Below are positions 9,073-18,336 of a stretch of 28,598 nucleotides of DNA, piece by piece. Within the stretch, counting starts at the first letter, position 1, and every line of letters starts with the position of its first letter. Below the pieces are notes generated by a model. The model made no database searches and was not told the origin of the DNA. It saw only the letters and a list, made by a program, of their open reading frames with translations. The position numbers were made by a program, and so were the translations under genes. The stretch lies in the IMG/VR virus record IMGVR_UViG_3300042519_001142, positions 1 to 28,598 of that record; one strand, written 5' to 3'. Source of the DNA: a virus (Duplodnaviria; Caudoviricetes).

Positions 9073-10877
9073 TGGCTGGCTTCTTTCAAAATCTCAGATT
9101 AGTATCAGAGCGTAATGATATGGATGCTCCAGCTAGCACTGCATATGAAACTACCACACCTAGTACAAATGTTGCACAATCTAGTACTGAACAGATAACA
9201 CCTGAGGGCACGCAATCTAACGTCTTAACTATACAACCCATACCACAAGGGTTTGGTGCATATTTAGATGGTATATTACCACCTGATATTGCCAAAGCAG
9301 CCGGCGCATTTAGTGTATCAATGCAACAGATTAAAAATATTTCAAGTGTACCTATTGAAAAGTTTGCACAAGTAGTTAACAGTTTAGAAACAACTAAAGG
9401 ATTAAATGTTAATGGTACTAGCGTTCCCACTGATACATCATTAGCAAGTCAAGGCTTAGCATTAATTGCATTAGGTAATGGACCATTTGGTACATACACC
9501 ATGAGTAATTTTTTAGGATGTATGAGTGGATTACCTTATCTTGGTATTAATATTCGTCAGCTTATACAACAGTTAGAAACACCTACTTTGTATAATATAT
9601 ATAAAAATCTATATTTAGCGGTTACTTGGTCTGCGGCTCAAGTAACAGTTGACTATGATACAGAGGTAATAGAATCACCTCCGAGCGTTTTTACTACATA
9701 TTACACTGTGACCGGAGTGACTGTGGATAACGAAGGAGGTGGATACGGTATTAACGGGGCATTAGCACCTACTATTACTATTACCAATAGTGGCGGAGCA
9801 TCAGCCGTAGCTTTAATAGGAACAACTTACACTGATATTGGATTTAATGGTTCTGGAAACTACGGCAGAGTTACCGGCGTTGCCTTTACTCCAGGCACTG
9901 CAACAACTTCTGTCCCGTCAGTAACTATACAGACCCCCCCGATAACTTATGGTAGTACCACTAACCAGCCGGCTGGTACTACAGGTTGGCCTGGAATGAA
10001 TACTGCTGTCCAACTTTACATTGATGCCGCAAATGCAGAGATACAAGTTATAAAAAATGCTCAGCCAGCCAGAGCACAACAATTAATTACTAATTGGGAA
10101 AATACCGGACGATTGTTGACAGTGGAACAACGTGCTATTGCAACAGGAATGGCTTTACAAGTACCTTTAGCTGACCCTGCAATTGATAGAGAACCCACAT
10201 TAGCTGGTTATCCTACAACACAATATTCTTTTGTAGATAGTATTCCTAGATATGCTACATTTACACAACCGCATATGTATTCACAAACATTAGAAGCTAT
10301 TTCTAATTTAAATACTGTTGGCGGTAGAAGTCTTGTAGCTATGTTGCGTGAAGCACGTAATCAGGCTAGATTGCAAGAAGCAGGAATTCCTTTAGATAAC
10401 AATATAGAAAACAAATTAACTAAAACACAAGAAGCAGAGCTAATAGGAAATGGTATATTACCTAATTCAGTACCTGCCTCTAATGGACTTATTCCTTACC
10501 CAACGCCCGCACCTTCTACTAATGGAACTTTTGTTGATACTGTGCCTGCAACATTATCAACAGAGTTGGGCAATACTGATCCGTATGGTTATTATAACCC
10601 AACTAATGAGCGTTACTATAATACTAATAATAATTATTTAGGAAGCGGTCAAACCAATAATATTGGTCAAATCAATGTCGGTGGTGTTGGTCAATTAGTA
10701 GACATAGGTGAAGCAATTGAACCAGGCAGTTTTGCTGGTTCAAGATATAGCAATTTAATATCACCTGAACTATCGGTAATATATGCGTCTGACATTTTAT
10801 TACCTGCAACTTATTCTGTACAAGAAGCAATAGACGAAGTAATTCGTTGTAATTGCGATTGTTGGGATAACATTTAA
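9072..10877 (+). CDS. Hypothetical, probable virion protein
   Basis: TAATG-coupled to the previous gene. Contains a VTGVTVDNEGGGYG...APTITI beta-rich insert and ends CNCDCWDNI. Confidence 0.6.
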   Translation: MAGFFQNLRLVSERNDMDAPASTAYETTTPSTNVAQSSTEQITPEGTQSNVLTIQPIPQGFGAYLDGILPPDIAKAAGAFSVSMQQIKNISSVPIEKFAQVVNSLETTKGLNVNGTSVPTDTSLASQGLALIALGNGPFGTYTMSNFLGCMSGLPYLGINIRQLIQQLETPTLYNIYKNLYLAVTWSAAQVTVDYDTEVIESPPSVFTTYYTVTGVTVDNEGGGYGINGALAPTITITNSGGASAVALIGTTYTDIGFNGSGNYGRVTGVAFTPGTATTSVPSVTIQTPPITYGSTTNQPAGTTGWPGMNTAVQLYIDAANAEIQVIKNAQPARAQQLITNWENTGRLLTVEQRAIATGMALQVPLADPAIDREPTLAGYPTTQYSFVDSIPRYATFTQPHMYSQTLEAISNLNTVGGRSLVAMLREARNQARLQEAGIPLDNNIENKLTKTQEAELIGNGILPNSVPASNGLIPYPTPAPSTNGTFVDTVPATLSTELGNTDPYGYYNPTNERYYNTNNNYLGSGQTNNIGQINVGGVGQLVDIGEAIEPGSFAGSRYSNLISPELSVIYASDILLPATYSVQEAIDEVIRCNCDCWDNI

Positions 10878-10912
10878 ATCTCGTCATACGAGATAAACAA
10901 AAAGGATAAATT

Positions 10913-11506
10913 ATGAATCTAAGCCAACCTATTAAAATTTTAATAGCATTAATATTTGTAACAGTGGTTCTAACTTTTGACAAATTGACAACATCAACAG
11001 AACCTAAACCTGTAGAAGAACCCAAAGTTGCAAAAACGGTAGATCCAAAGCAATTAACATGTATGGCTAAGAATATATTTTATGAAGCAGGTAGTGAATC
11101 ATTAAATGGGCAAGCGGCAGTAGCACGTGTGGTAATGAATAGAATAGCACATGGTTTTGGCAAAGATCCCTGCGCCGTAATATATCAAACATCATATGTA
11201 GATAAACTTATAGACGATGAAATACAAAAAGTAAAACTATGTCAGTTTAGTTGGGTATGTGAGGGAAAAAGTGAGCCAAATAAAAACAGCACAAGATATA
11301 AACAAGCAGAACAAGTAGCATATGATGTGCTAGCACATGATGCATATACTGATGTAGTGCCAAAATCAACACTATTTTTTCATAATTTAAGTGTAGATCC
11401 ATTATGGCCTTATAAACAAGTAGCAAAGATTGGCAATCACATATTCTATAGTAAGGCTAAAAAGCCTACCCAAAAGATTATAGTTAAATCAGAAAATGAT
11501 ATATAA
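10913..11506 (+). CDS. SleB-like cell wall hydrolase (Hydrolase_2) with N-terminal signal anchor
   Basis: CMAKNIFYEAGSE, GQAAVARVVMNR, CQFSW, IGNHIFY and hydrophobic N-terminus. Confidence 0.9.
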   Translation: MNLSQPIKILIALIFVTVVLTFDKLTTSTEPKPVEEPKVAKTVDPKQLTCMAKNIFYEAGSESLNGQAAVARVVMNRIAHGFGKDPCAVIYQTSYVDKLIDDEIQKVKLCQFSWVCEGKSEPNKNSTRYKQAEQVAYDVLAHDAYTDVVPKSTLFFHNLSVDPLWPYKQVAKIGNHIFYSKAKKPTQKIIVKSENDI

Positions 11507-11512
11507 TATCTA

Positions 11513-11989
11513 ATGTCAGATAAATCAAATTCAGCAAATGGTGTTAGTAGTTATGATTCCACCACTACTGGATCATTGATACATTTTTTTAATCGTAATG
11601 TAACACCTTATCCCACAGAAAGTAGTGGGCCCAAGTTTGATTTAGTTCCTGTAGAAAAGCATAAGGACATTATGCTTAATGTTGCTAGACTACATGCTAA
11701 ACAAGAATATGATAGAATCATGGAACTAGTAACTGTATTACAGAAACAAGCAGAACAAATTAAACATAGATTAGATTTGACTGATATGGTACATGCCGCT
11801 AAGTATGATTTTCAATTAGCAAATGGTAATATTTATTGGTTGTTATATGACCACAGAAAACAATTTACTAGATTGAGTATTCACGGACCCAATGATTGGT
11901 CTGGTAGTAAGCCAGAAGATTATGAATACTTAGCAAGAGTTAAATGGTTGGGTGATCACACTTGGATAGAGGTAGAAGATGATAAGTAG
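11513..11989 (+). CDS. Hypothetical protein, DUF2452-like
   Basis: LQKQAEQI...AKYDF...GNIYWL...LSIHGPNDW...LGDHTW pattern, recalled from the family. Confidence 0.6.
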   Translation: MSDKSNSANGVSSYDSTTTGSLIHFFNRNVTPYPTESSGPKFDLVPVEKHKDIMLNVARLHAKQEYDRIMELVTVLQKQAEQIKHRLDLTDMVHAAKYDFQLANGNIYWLLYDHRKQFTRLSIHGPNDWSGSKPEDYEYLARVKWLGDHTWIEVEDDK

Positions 11990-12545
11990 TAGTCCAGAAC
12001 GTCATACATTTCAACTTGAAGGTGCAAAGAAACGTGCAGAAGAAGATGGAAAAGAACTTCCTGAAATTTATACTAACATGTGGAAATCAGCCAAAGAACA
12101 AGATGAAGCTAACATAGTAGATCCTGAGTGGCAAAAAGATAACATGGAGTATGATTTACGTAGTACTCAATGGATAATAGACAAAGTTAAGGGTGATGAT
12201 GTTTACGCCCAACATCTTTATGCTTCAATGTGTAACAACGATTTTACTAAGAATGATGTATGGCCTATATTAACTGAGAAACGTTGGAGTTGTAGTTGGA
12301 GACATGCTGGTGGTATTATTGCCGACATGCAAGAAAAGGGTGATTACATTGATTGGTATTGTTCTGGTATTAGAGATAATAAAATACTAGATGATGATGA
12401 ATATCAAGCATTAACTAAAGAACAACAAGAATATTACATACAATGTAAGAAGTTTGTTCCTGAAAGTGTTGTAACCGGCGAGATACGAGAAGATTTATTA
12501 AAATTAGGCTGGATAGTAGTAGATAATGAGCCTGAAGCATACTAA
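11979..12545 (+). CDS. Hypothetical protein
   Basis: 188-aa ORF overlapping the previous stop. Motif YAQHLYASMCNN...WSCSWRHAGGIIA...DYIDWYCSG. Confidence 0.75.
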   Translation: MISSSPERHTFQLEGAKKRAEEDGKELPEIYTNMWKSAKEQDEANIVDPEWQKDNMEYDLRSTQWIIDKVKGDDVYAQHLYASMCNNDFTKNDVWPILTEKRWSCSWRHAGGIIADMQEKGDYIDWYCSGIRDNKILDDDEYQALTKEQQEYYIQCKKFVPESVVTGEIREDLLKLGWIVVDNEPEAY

Positions 12546-12572
12546 ATACAATACATATAAGGAGAATATATC

Positions 12573-12689
12573 ATGTTAGAAACATTATTTTGGTTAGTAC
12601 TAGGTGCATTTATTGGTTGGAATTTCCCTCAACCTCAGTTTGCAAAGAACATACAAGCAAAAATATTCACTATTTTTAAGAAGGATTAA
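12573..12689 (+). CDS. Small membrane protein (38 aa), not in ORF track
   Basis: AAGGAG SD. Translates MLETLFWLVLGAFIGWNFPQPQFAKNIQAKIFTIFKKD. CTAAATA motif at 12542-12548. Confidence 0.7.
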   Translation: MLETLFWLVLGAFIGWNFPQPQFAKNIQAKIFTIFKKD

Positions 12690-12693
12690 TATA

Positions 12694-13090
12694 ATGGCAT
12701 ATTCAGATAAAGTAGTTGACCACTACGAAAACCCACGAAATGTGGGAACTTTTGATAAGGAGGACACGCACGTTGGGACTGGTATGGTAGGAGCCCCGGC
12801 GTGTGGTTGTTGGAGATGTAATGAAACTCCAAATAAAAGTAAATAAAGAAACAGGAATTATAACAGATGCCAAATTTAAAACATATGGGTGTGGGTCGGC
12901 AATTGCTTCTTCAAGTCTTGTCACAGACTGGGTCAAGGGTAAAACATTGGATGAAGCAACATCCATTAAAAACTCCCATATTGCCGAAGAACTCAGCCTC
13001 CCCCCAGTCAAAATCCACTGCAGTATCCTCGCCGAAGACGCCATCAAAGCCGCAGTAGAAGATTATAGAAAGAGATATAATGGCCAATGA
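12694..13090 (+). pseudogene. iscU: Fe-S cluster scaffold IscU, split by a 7-nt insertion (frameshift) at ~12805-12811
   Basis: MAYSDKVVDHYENPRNVG...GAPACG in one frame, and GDVMKLQIKV...FKTYGCGSAIASSS...LPPVKIHCSILAEDAIKAA in the +1 frame. Confidence 0.85.
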
Positions 13091-13382
13091 ATTAGCAAAA
13101 TTTTTAAACTCACAACGCCGTCATCGGGATGAACTAGCAGTTAAGAAACAAGTTAAGATAGCAAAAGCACACGGATTAACTACGAAAGATAAAGTAGTAA
13201 AAGAACCTCATCGTTTAGCAAAACATCATGTTATGGATTGTGGTAACTCACAATGTCCCTTATGCGGAAACCCACGTAGGACACACAAAGATACATTAAC
13301 AGCACAAGAGAAACGATTATATCAGGATGTTGAAAAAACAACAGATAAACACAGTAATGGTTTAATACCAACTGAAAATTAA
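13080..13382 (+). CDS. Hypothetical basic protein with putative Zn-binding motif
   Basis: HH..DCGNSQCPLCGNPRR. Confidence 0.7.
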   Translation: MANELAKFLNSQRRHRDELAVKKQVKIAKAHGLTTKDKVVKEPHRLAKHHVMDCGNSQCPLCGNPRRTHKDTLTAQEKRLYQDVEKTTDKHSNGLIPTEN

Positions 13383-13403
13383 TAGACACACAAAGGAGAA
13401 ACT

Positions 13404-13868
13404 ATGTCAGAAACTATAACTAGCCTACAAGGGGCACTAGCCGGCGAAAGCCAGGCACATGTAAAATATAAATATTTTGCAAAAATTGCACGTGCTGAAG
13501 GGCATGAAGATATTGCAAAACATTTTGAGCATACAGCAGACCAAGAACTATTACACGCTTGGGGTCATTTAGAATTGCTTATTAAGAAACCAGATACTAA
13601 ACAATGTTTAGAGATGGCAATTGAGGGTGAGACTTATGAGTTTCAAGTCATGTACCCTGAGTTCCGTGAGATTGCAGAATTTGAAGGTAATTTACTTGCG
13701 GCAAATGAAGCACAACATCAGATTGAAGAATCACAGCGTCATGCTAGTGAGTTCCAAGAGATACTAAAAAAAGCTGAAAAGCGTTTTGCGGCACTTGCTA
13801 GAGTAGAGAAGCGCCATGCTGAAGCATATCAAGCTAAACTTGATGAACTAACAAAGGGAGCAGTATAA
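13404..13868 (+). CDS. Rubrerythrin-family ferritin-like di-iron protein (no fused rubredoxin domain)
   Basis: ALAGESQAHVKYKYFAKIARAEG, ELLHA, GETYE...MYPEF, ESQRH. AAGGAG SD. Confidence 0.88.
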   Translation: MSETITSLQGALAGESQAHVKYKYFAKIARAEGHEDIAKHFEHTADQELLHAWGHLELLIKKPDTKQCLEMAIEGETYEFQVMYPEFREIAEFEGNLLAANEAQHQIEESQRHASEFQEILKKAEKRFAALARVEKRHAEAYQAKLDELTKGAV

Positions 13869-13996
13869 TGGATCATGTATGTGTAATTTGTGGCCATGTC
13901 CACAATGAAGAAACAGAAGGAAAATGGGATGAATTACCAGAAGATTTTCCTTGCCCAGAGTGCGGTGGTTTTAAAGTTGATTACGAAACTATTTAA
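13868..13996 (+). CDS. Rubredoxin (42 aa), not in ORF track
   Basis: MDHVCVICGHVHNEETEGKWDELPEDFPCPECGGFKVDYETI has two CxxCG knuckles. TAATG-coupled to rubrerythrin with GGAG SD. Confidence 0.9.
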   Translation: MDHVCVICGHVHNEETEGKWDELPEDFPCPECGGFKVDYETI

Positions 13997-14135
13997 ATTA
14001 GATTTTAATATTGGCCATACGATTGATAATTAGTAATTGTTATAAAAAATATTTAGAGGGTATATTAGACTATCTAGATCAAACGGATTTGATATTGAAT
14101 TTGTTATTTTGTGATAAATAATCAAAAGGATTATT

Positions 14136-14672
14136 ATGTTGACAACCGAAACTAAAAACTTAGCTGAGATTAAGATAATTATAGCTGATTTATTGACAAA
14201 CCCAATTAATCAAGGATTAACAGTTGGTATTGTGGATCCAACCGATTATCAGAATATTACGGGATTGGAGAATCTTGCTGACTCGGCCAACTATAGTCAT
14301 GTGTATTTTGTCGGTAAAGTAAATGATGAAATTGTTTCTATTTCTGCCGCAGGCAAATTTATTGATCCAACTACACAAAGAGTTAAAATTTTACATAGAC
14401 TAAACTATGTAAGACCTGATCTTCTTAAAAAAAACATAGGTTCATATTTGCTAAAGCAAAAAGCTGATTATTTTCAAAACAATAATTGGAACGAAGATGA
14501 GGATACAATTCATTTTGCTTATACTTTAATTGATAATGAAGAAGATTTCTTTTCTATTTTAAAATGGGATTTATATACTGTAAATGAACACACTAATCAA
14601 GTATACGTAGGTTATAAGACAAGATGGGGACAGTATAAAACTATTTTAGATTCTGTTATAGAAATAGTGTAA
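14136..14672 (+). CDS. GNAT-like acyltransferase
   Basis: YVRPDLLKKNIGSYLL resembles GNAT motif A, preceded by FVGKVNDEIVS. Confidence 0.55.
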   Translation: MLTTETKNLAEIKIIIADLLTNPINQGLTVGIVDPTDYQNITGLENLADSANYSHVYFVGKVNDEIVSISAAGKFIDPTTQRVKILHRLNYVRPDLLKKNIGSYLLKQKADYFQNNNWNEDEDTIHFAYTLIDNEEDFFSILKWDLYTVNEHTNQVYVGYKTRWGQYKTILDSVIEIV

Positions 14673-14686
14673 TTTGCATCACTTAT

Positions 14687-14715
14687 AAAAAAGACCCAAT
14701 ATTGGGTCTTTTTTT
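14687..14715. terminator. Bidirectional Rho-independent terminator
   Basis: Perfect inverted repeat AAAAAAGACCCAAT/ATTGGGTCTTTTTT(T) 14 nt after a stop codon. Confidence 0.85.
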
Positions 14716-14765
14716 AATCCTAAAAACAAAATTAATAAATAGACATAGAATAATTAAGGAAAAAT

Positions 14766-15443
14766 ATGAATTTAGCAAATGTAGGATATTACATTCCTGA
14801 CGTTCCTGCTCTATACCCAAACGATATGGAAAAGTTTTGGGATATGTGGAATAACAACAAAGAATTGCTAACCAAAACTAAAAAAGATAACGTTGAAAAT
14901 AGTGCAGGGAATGACTTAAAAACTTTATACGAAGATGCAAACTTTGAAGGAATGATTACGTATCTAAAAAATGACAACTACCTAAGAGGTAGTACATGGA
15001 AACACAACATAATTTTGGAGCCTAGTATTTGGCATCCTTATGTTGAAGCATTGGAAGAAAGAATGCCGTGGTATGAGTGTCACTCTGTTATTCTCTGGGC
15101 AGCCATCAAGCCCGTACTATATCATATAGATCCTAGTCCACTATGGCCAGGTCCGTGTGCAATTAGAAGTTTAATATATGATGATAACCCCAGCCCAACA
15201 TTTAAATTGAGACATGGAAAAAACGGTGAAGAACAACATGTCCCTTATAATAAAGAGAGAAATACTTTTGCGTTCAACAATATGAATTTTTATCACGGTG
15301 CAGATTACAATCCTAAGCACTATAAAATTTTAATGAAAAGTTTTGGTAAAATAAAATCAGCCGAATTGTTGAAAAAACAGATCATGGAAACAAAAGAAAA
15401 GAATATGCCTATCTGGGAAGTGAAGGATTCTGTAAATGAGTGA
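14766..15443 (+). CDS. Putative non-haem Fe(II)/2OG-type oxygenase (cupin/DSBH fold)
   Basis: YHID...FAFNNMNFYHGA: HxD...H facial triad pattern. Confidence 0.55.
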   Translation: MNLANVGYYIPDVPALYPNDMEKFWDMWNNNKELLTKTKKDNVENSAGNDLKTLYEDANFEGMITYLKNDNYLRGSTWKHNIILEPSIWHPYVEALEERMPWYECHSVILWAAIKPVLYHIDPSPLWPGPCAIRSLIYDDNPSPTFKLRHGKNGEEQHVPYNKERNTFAFNNMNFYHGADYNPKHYKILMKSFGKIKSAELLKKQIMETKEKNMPIWEVKDSVNE

Positions 15444-16101
15444 AATCACTGAAGATTCTTTGATTTGGACTGCGTTAGATGCACCTAAGTTAGTACCGGC
15501 AAATTGGGATTTGTTCTGGGAGCAGTGGGATAAACACGCCGGCGCCAGTTATATCAAGGGCTCTGATCCTGTAGGAAATAAAGATTCTAAGTATGCTAAG
15601 ACAGGAGTGCGTACTGCATTTTTTAAGGGAATTAATTTGTACGCAAAGGATGAGAAAGATTTAGTAGACGGTAGCTGGGAATTACCGTACTTAGACTACA
15701 AAGAAATCTTTCCCAATCTATTAGATGATATTTATAAAGCAATGCCTTGGGTAGAAGAACTTTTAGTGTGCAGATTGTGGAACAGTGTTATAGATATACC
15801 TTACCACAGTGACCATACATTAGAAAATGTTGCACTAAGAGCAATGATATATGACGAAAATTCAAAAGGTACTTTCAAACTTTGGAAGCCGGGTATTAAT
15901 AGAACTTATGTCGATTTACCTGAAGAAACAAATTGGTTTGTTTATAACAACGCTAAGTGCCTACATGGTTCTGATAAGACAGACGGTGTTAACAAGATAA
16001 TATTGTTAATTGTTCACAAAACAAAAAGTAAAGAACAAATGATAGAGCACTTTAAGTCTAGTGCTGAGAAGTATCCCGAAAGCTTTCTTTATTATCCTTA
16101 A
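15436..16101 (+). CDS. Putative Fe(II)/2OG-type oxygenase, paralog of upstream gene
   Basis: YHSD...FVYNNAKCLHGS. Shares FWxxW, MPW and RxxIYDxN with 14766-15443. Confidence 0.55.
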   Translation: MSEITEDSLIWTALDAPKLVPANWDLFWEQWDKHAGASYIKGSDPVGNKDSKYAKTGVRTAFFKGINLYAKDEKDLVDGSWELPYLDYKEIFPNLLDDIYKAMPWVEELLVCRLWNSVIDIPYHSDHTLENVALRAMIYDENSKGTFKLWKPGINRTYVDLPEETNWFVYNNAKCLHGSDKTDGVNKIILLIVHKTKSKEQMIEHFKSSAEKYPESFLYYP

Positions 16102-16246
16102 TGCGATAAACTATTCTTAATTTCTCATCATTTGATAACTTACTCCAGTCTTGTATTTCTTCAAGTGTTCGTCTACAGCCAATACAAACATCATCTTTCA
16201 TCTTACAGATACTTTTACAAGGACTGGGTATTAATTTTTTATGCAT
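16058..16246 (-). CDS. DUF1289-like small Cys-rich (putative Fe-S) protein
   Basis: SPCKSICKMKDDVCIGCRRTLEEIQDW matches the SPCxxxC...CxGCxRTxxEIxxW signature. Confidence 0.7.
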   Translation of the reverse strand: MHKKLIPSPCKSICKMKDDVCIGCRRTLEEIQDWSKLSNDEKLRIVYRIKDNKESFRDTSQH

Positions 16247-16786
16247 AAAAATAAAGTGACTACTTGGGTAACTGATTTTACTCTTGATGATTCATACGAA
16301 TCATTGAGAGAAGAACAATACAGTAAAACCCATAGATTGAGTAAAAATTACTCTAAGCACCATGTGTCAGAAATCAGTGCTAAAAGTATTTATTACGGCA
16401 GTGATAGTCAGCCAAAAATTGTTTGTAGCATATTACATAGACCATGCTGGCCTAATGGAGTATACAGAATACTAAACAGACTTTGGAAACCTGATATGAA
16501 CACAGGACCAACGTTTGGTATCGATGAAGGTTTTGGAGAGTTAATAAAAAGTCAGGCAGCATGGTGTTTTGAAAACGGGGCAAAAGGTGTGTTTATGTCC
16601 CGAGAGACAAAGCCACATTGGCAATCATGGGCACAACCTATATTTGTTGAACAAACAGGAATAGAGTTCTATGCCCCTACACAAAAGTTTTTAACTTGCA
16701 ACAATGAATGTGATGATTCTTGTTGGCAATACATTCTTTATTATGGTGACAATAGCTTACTAAATACTTGGAAGCAGGGGGTGTAA
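16241..16786 (+). CDS. Hypothetical, GNAT-like fold
   Basis: GVYRILNRLW...AWCFENGAKGVFMSRE resembles GNAT beta4 and helix-strand elements. Confidence 0.45.
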   Translation: MHKNKVTTWVTDFTLDDSYESLREEQYSKTHRLSKNYSKHHVSEISAKSIYYGSDSQPKIVCSILHRPCWPNGVYRILNRLWKPDMNTGPTFGIDEGFGELIKSQAAWCFENGAKGVFMSRETKPHWQSWAQPIFVEQTGIEFYAPTQKFLTCNNECDDSCWQYILYYGDNSLLNTWKQGV

Positions 16787-16787
16787 C

Positions 16788-17387
16788 ATGGAAATACGTA
16801 GATTAGGGGTAGACGATTATCATCATTTAGAAGAAATTATTTCAGTACGTGCGGCAACTAAGAAGTTTGTAAATACGTTTATGAATGATGACAAACCAGT
16901 TACAGAAGCTGACGAGGAAGAATACAAAACTAGATGGCTTGCAGGGATGCAAAAATGGTATTTGACTGATTCTGCTACACATGATTTATACGGTGCTTTC
17001 TCAGATGACGGGGTATTACTAAGTTGCATGTCCTGGCGCAGTGATTTACCGAGTCAATGGAGCGACGGTTGGGTCGTGGGGAACTTAAAAGCAAGACCCG
17101 GTCACTCATTTATGACTAACGGTATCTTACAATTATGGAAAAAGATGTTTGAAGTGTGTGAGAATAAGGGACTCAAAAGATGGCATATGCTAATCATAGA
17201 GGGCAATAGAAACAAATATCAAGCTATTGCTGACCGATATCTTAAAGATATTGATGATTCTTATTCATATGAATGGACATTTATTGTTCCACCTAATATG
17301 CAACCAACCGAAGACTGGGTTTGGGGAACGATGGGTAGAAATTTACTAAATAAAGAGATAAGAGTAAGAACAGGAACCAAAAAATGA
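16788..17387 (+). CDS. GNAT-like acyltransferase
   Basis: MEIRRLGVDDY, LYGAFSDDGVLLS, CENKGLKRW. Confidence 0.5.
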   Translation: MEIRRLGVDDYHHLEEIISVRAATKKFVNTFMNDDKPVTEADEEEYKTRWLAGMQKWYLTDSATHDLYGAFSDDGVLLSCMSWRSDLPSQWSDGWVVGNLKARPGHSFMTNGILQLWKKMFEVCENKGLKRWHMLIIEGNRNKYQAIADRYLKDIDDSYSYEWTFIVPPNMQPTEDWVWGTMGRNLLNKEIRVRTGTKK

Positions 17388-18199
17388 AAACTAATTTAAC
17401 CGTCAAAGATTTTTTCAAGATTACATTCGCATATAAAAATTTATGGGGCGGTATAATTCCAATGCATATTGCCGGAGTTTATGCTGTAGTTAGTGCAATT
17501 ATGGGTGATTGGTCTGCGATTAATTGGCTGTATCTAGCACTAGGGTACTTCTGTTTTATGATGCTAGGTATCACTATAGGTTATCATAGGTATATCAGTC
17601 ATAAGTCATTTGAGACATACGCTCCGGTAAAATATATTCTACTGTTCTTTGCTATGCTAGCGGGTCAAGGCAGTCCTATTTTTTGGACAACTACTCATAG
17701 AGATTTGCATCACCCATATAGTGACGGTGAAAAAGACCCTCATTCTCCCAATAAAGGCATCTTCACTAGTTGGTTTTTATGGTTATGGAAGATAGAAGAA
17801 TCTGATATTGAACTAAGAAAAATAGTAGATTTATTACGTGATCCCGTTTATGCATTTTGTCATAAACACTACATGACATTGTATTGGATCGGAAACTTAA
17901 TATTTGCACTTATTAGTATTGACTTCTGGCTTTGGTTTGTAATTGTTCCTAGTGTAATTGCATTTAACAGTTATAGCCTAACTAACTTTTTAACGCACAT
18001 GCCTAAATTAGGGTATAGAAATTACGACACTGATGATAAGAGTACAAACACTTGGTGGTTATTCCCAGTAGTGTTGGGAGAGTGCTGGCACAACAACCAT
18101 CACGGTGACGTTAAGGCATCACACTTTGGTAACTTACACTTTTGGGAAATGGATCCGAGTGGTGTTGTTATCAACTTAATCAGAACAGATAAAAGATGA
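17384..18199 (+). CDS. Membrane fatty-acyl desaturase (delta-9/DesC-like)
   Basis: Three His boxes GYHRYISH, HRDLHH and WHNNHH; DPHSP; WEMDP; transmembrane segments. Confidence 0.92.
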   Translation: MKTNLTVKDFFKITFAYKNLWGGIIPMHIAGVYAVVSAIMGDWSAINWLYLALGYFCFMMLGITIGYHRYISHKSFETYAPVKYILLFFAMLAGQGSPIFWTTTHRDLHHPYSDGEKDPHSPNKGIFTSWFLWLWKIEESDIELRKIVDLLRDPVYAFCHKHYMTLYWIGNLIFALISIDFWLWFVIVPSVIAFNSYSLTNFLTHMPKLGYRNYDTDDKSTNTWWLFPVVLGECWHNNHHGDVKASHFGNLHFWEMDPSGVVINLIRTDKR

Positions 18200-18333
18200 G
18201 TGAAATAAAAATATACAAGGGTGATGTTCCAATTAATAGACCTTGCCATGCATGGGTTGAAGAAAAATTTAAACTAATAGAGAAGATGAACAGCCTTACC
18301 CCTAAGTATTCGGGTAAAGATTTGATAAGGTAA
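18196..18333 (+). CDS. Small hypothetical protein (45 aa), not in ORF track
   Basis: ATGA overlap with the desaturase stop and ends 3 nt before the next ATG. MSEIKIYKGDVPINRPCHAWVEEKFKLIEKMNSLTPKYSGKDLIR. Confidence 0.6.
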   Translation: MSEIKIYKGDVPINRPCHAWVEEKFKLIEKMNSLTPKYSGKDLIR

Positions 18334-18336
18334 TCA

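Noticed and set aside
10878-10894. Hairpin ATCTCGT-CAT-ACGAGAT as a terminator
   Set aside because: No U-tract follows on the + strand; its role is unsupported.
12805-12811. iscU insertion as a self-splicing intron
   Set aside because: 7 nt cannot form a catalytic core. Kept only as a frameshift or scar.
2037-13058. Track ORFs 2037-2243, 2065-2397, 2069-2419, 2782-3303, 4243-4479, 4337-4582, 4614-4847, 5029-5406, 7503-7760, 8457-8693, 9086-9430, 10450-10641, 10672-11025, 12703-13047 and 12867-13058
   Set aside because: Shadow or alternative-frame ORFs overlapping well-supported genes, with no recognisable motifs.
18196-18333. 45-aa ORF as a RiPP precursor for the enzyme cluster
   Set aside because: No leader/core pattern, and no peptidase or transporter nearby. 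Retained only as a hypothetical CDS.
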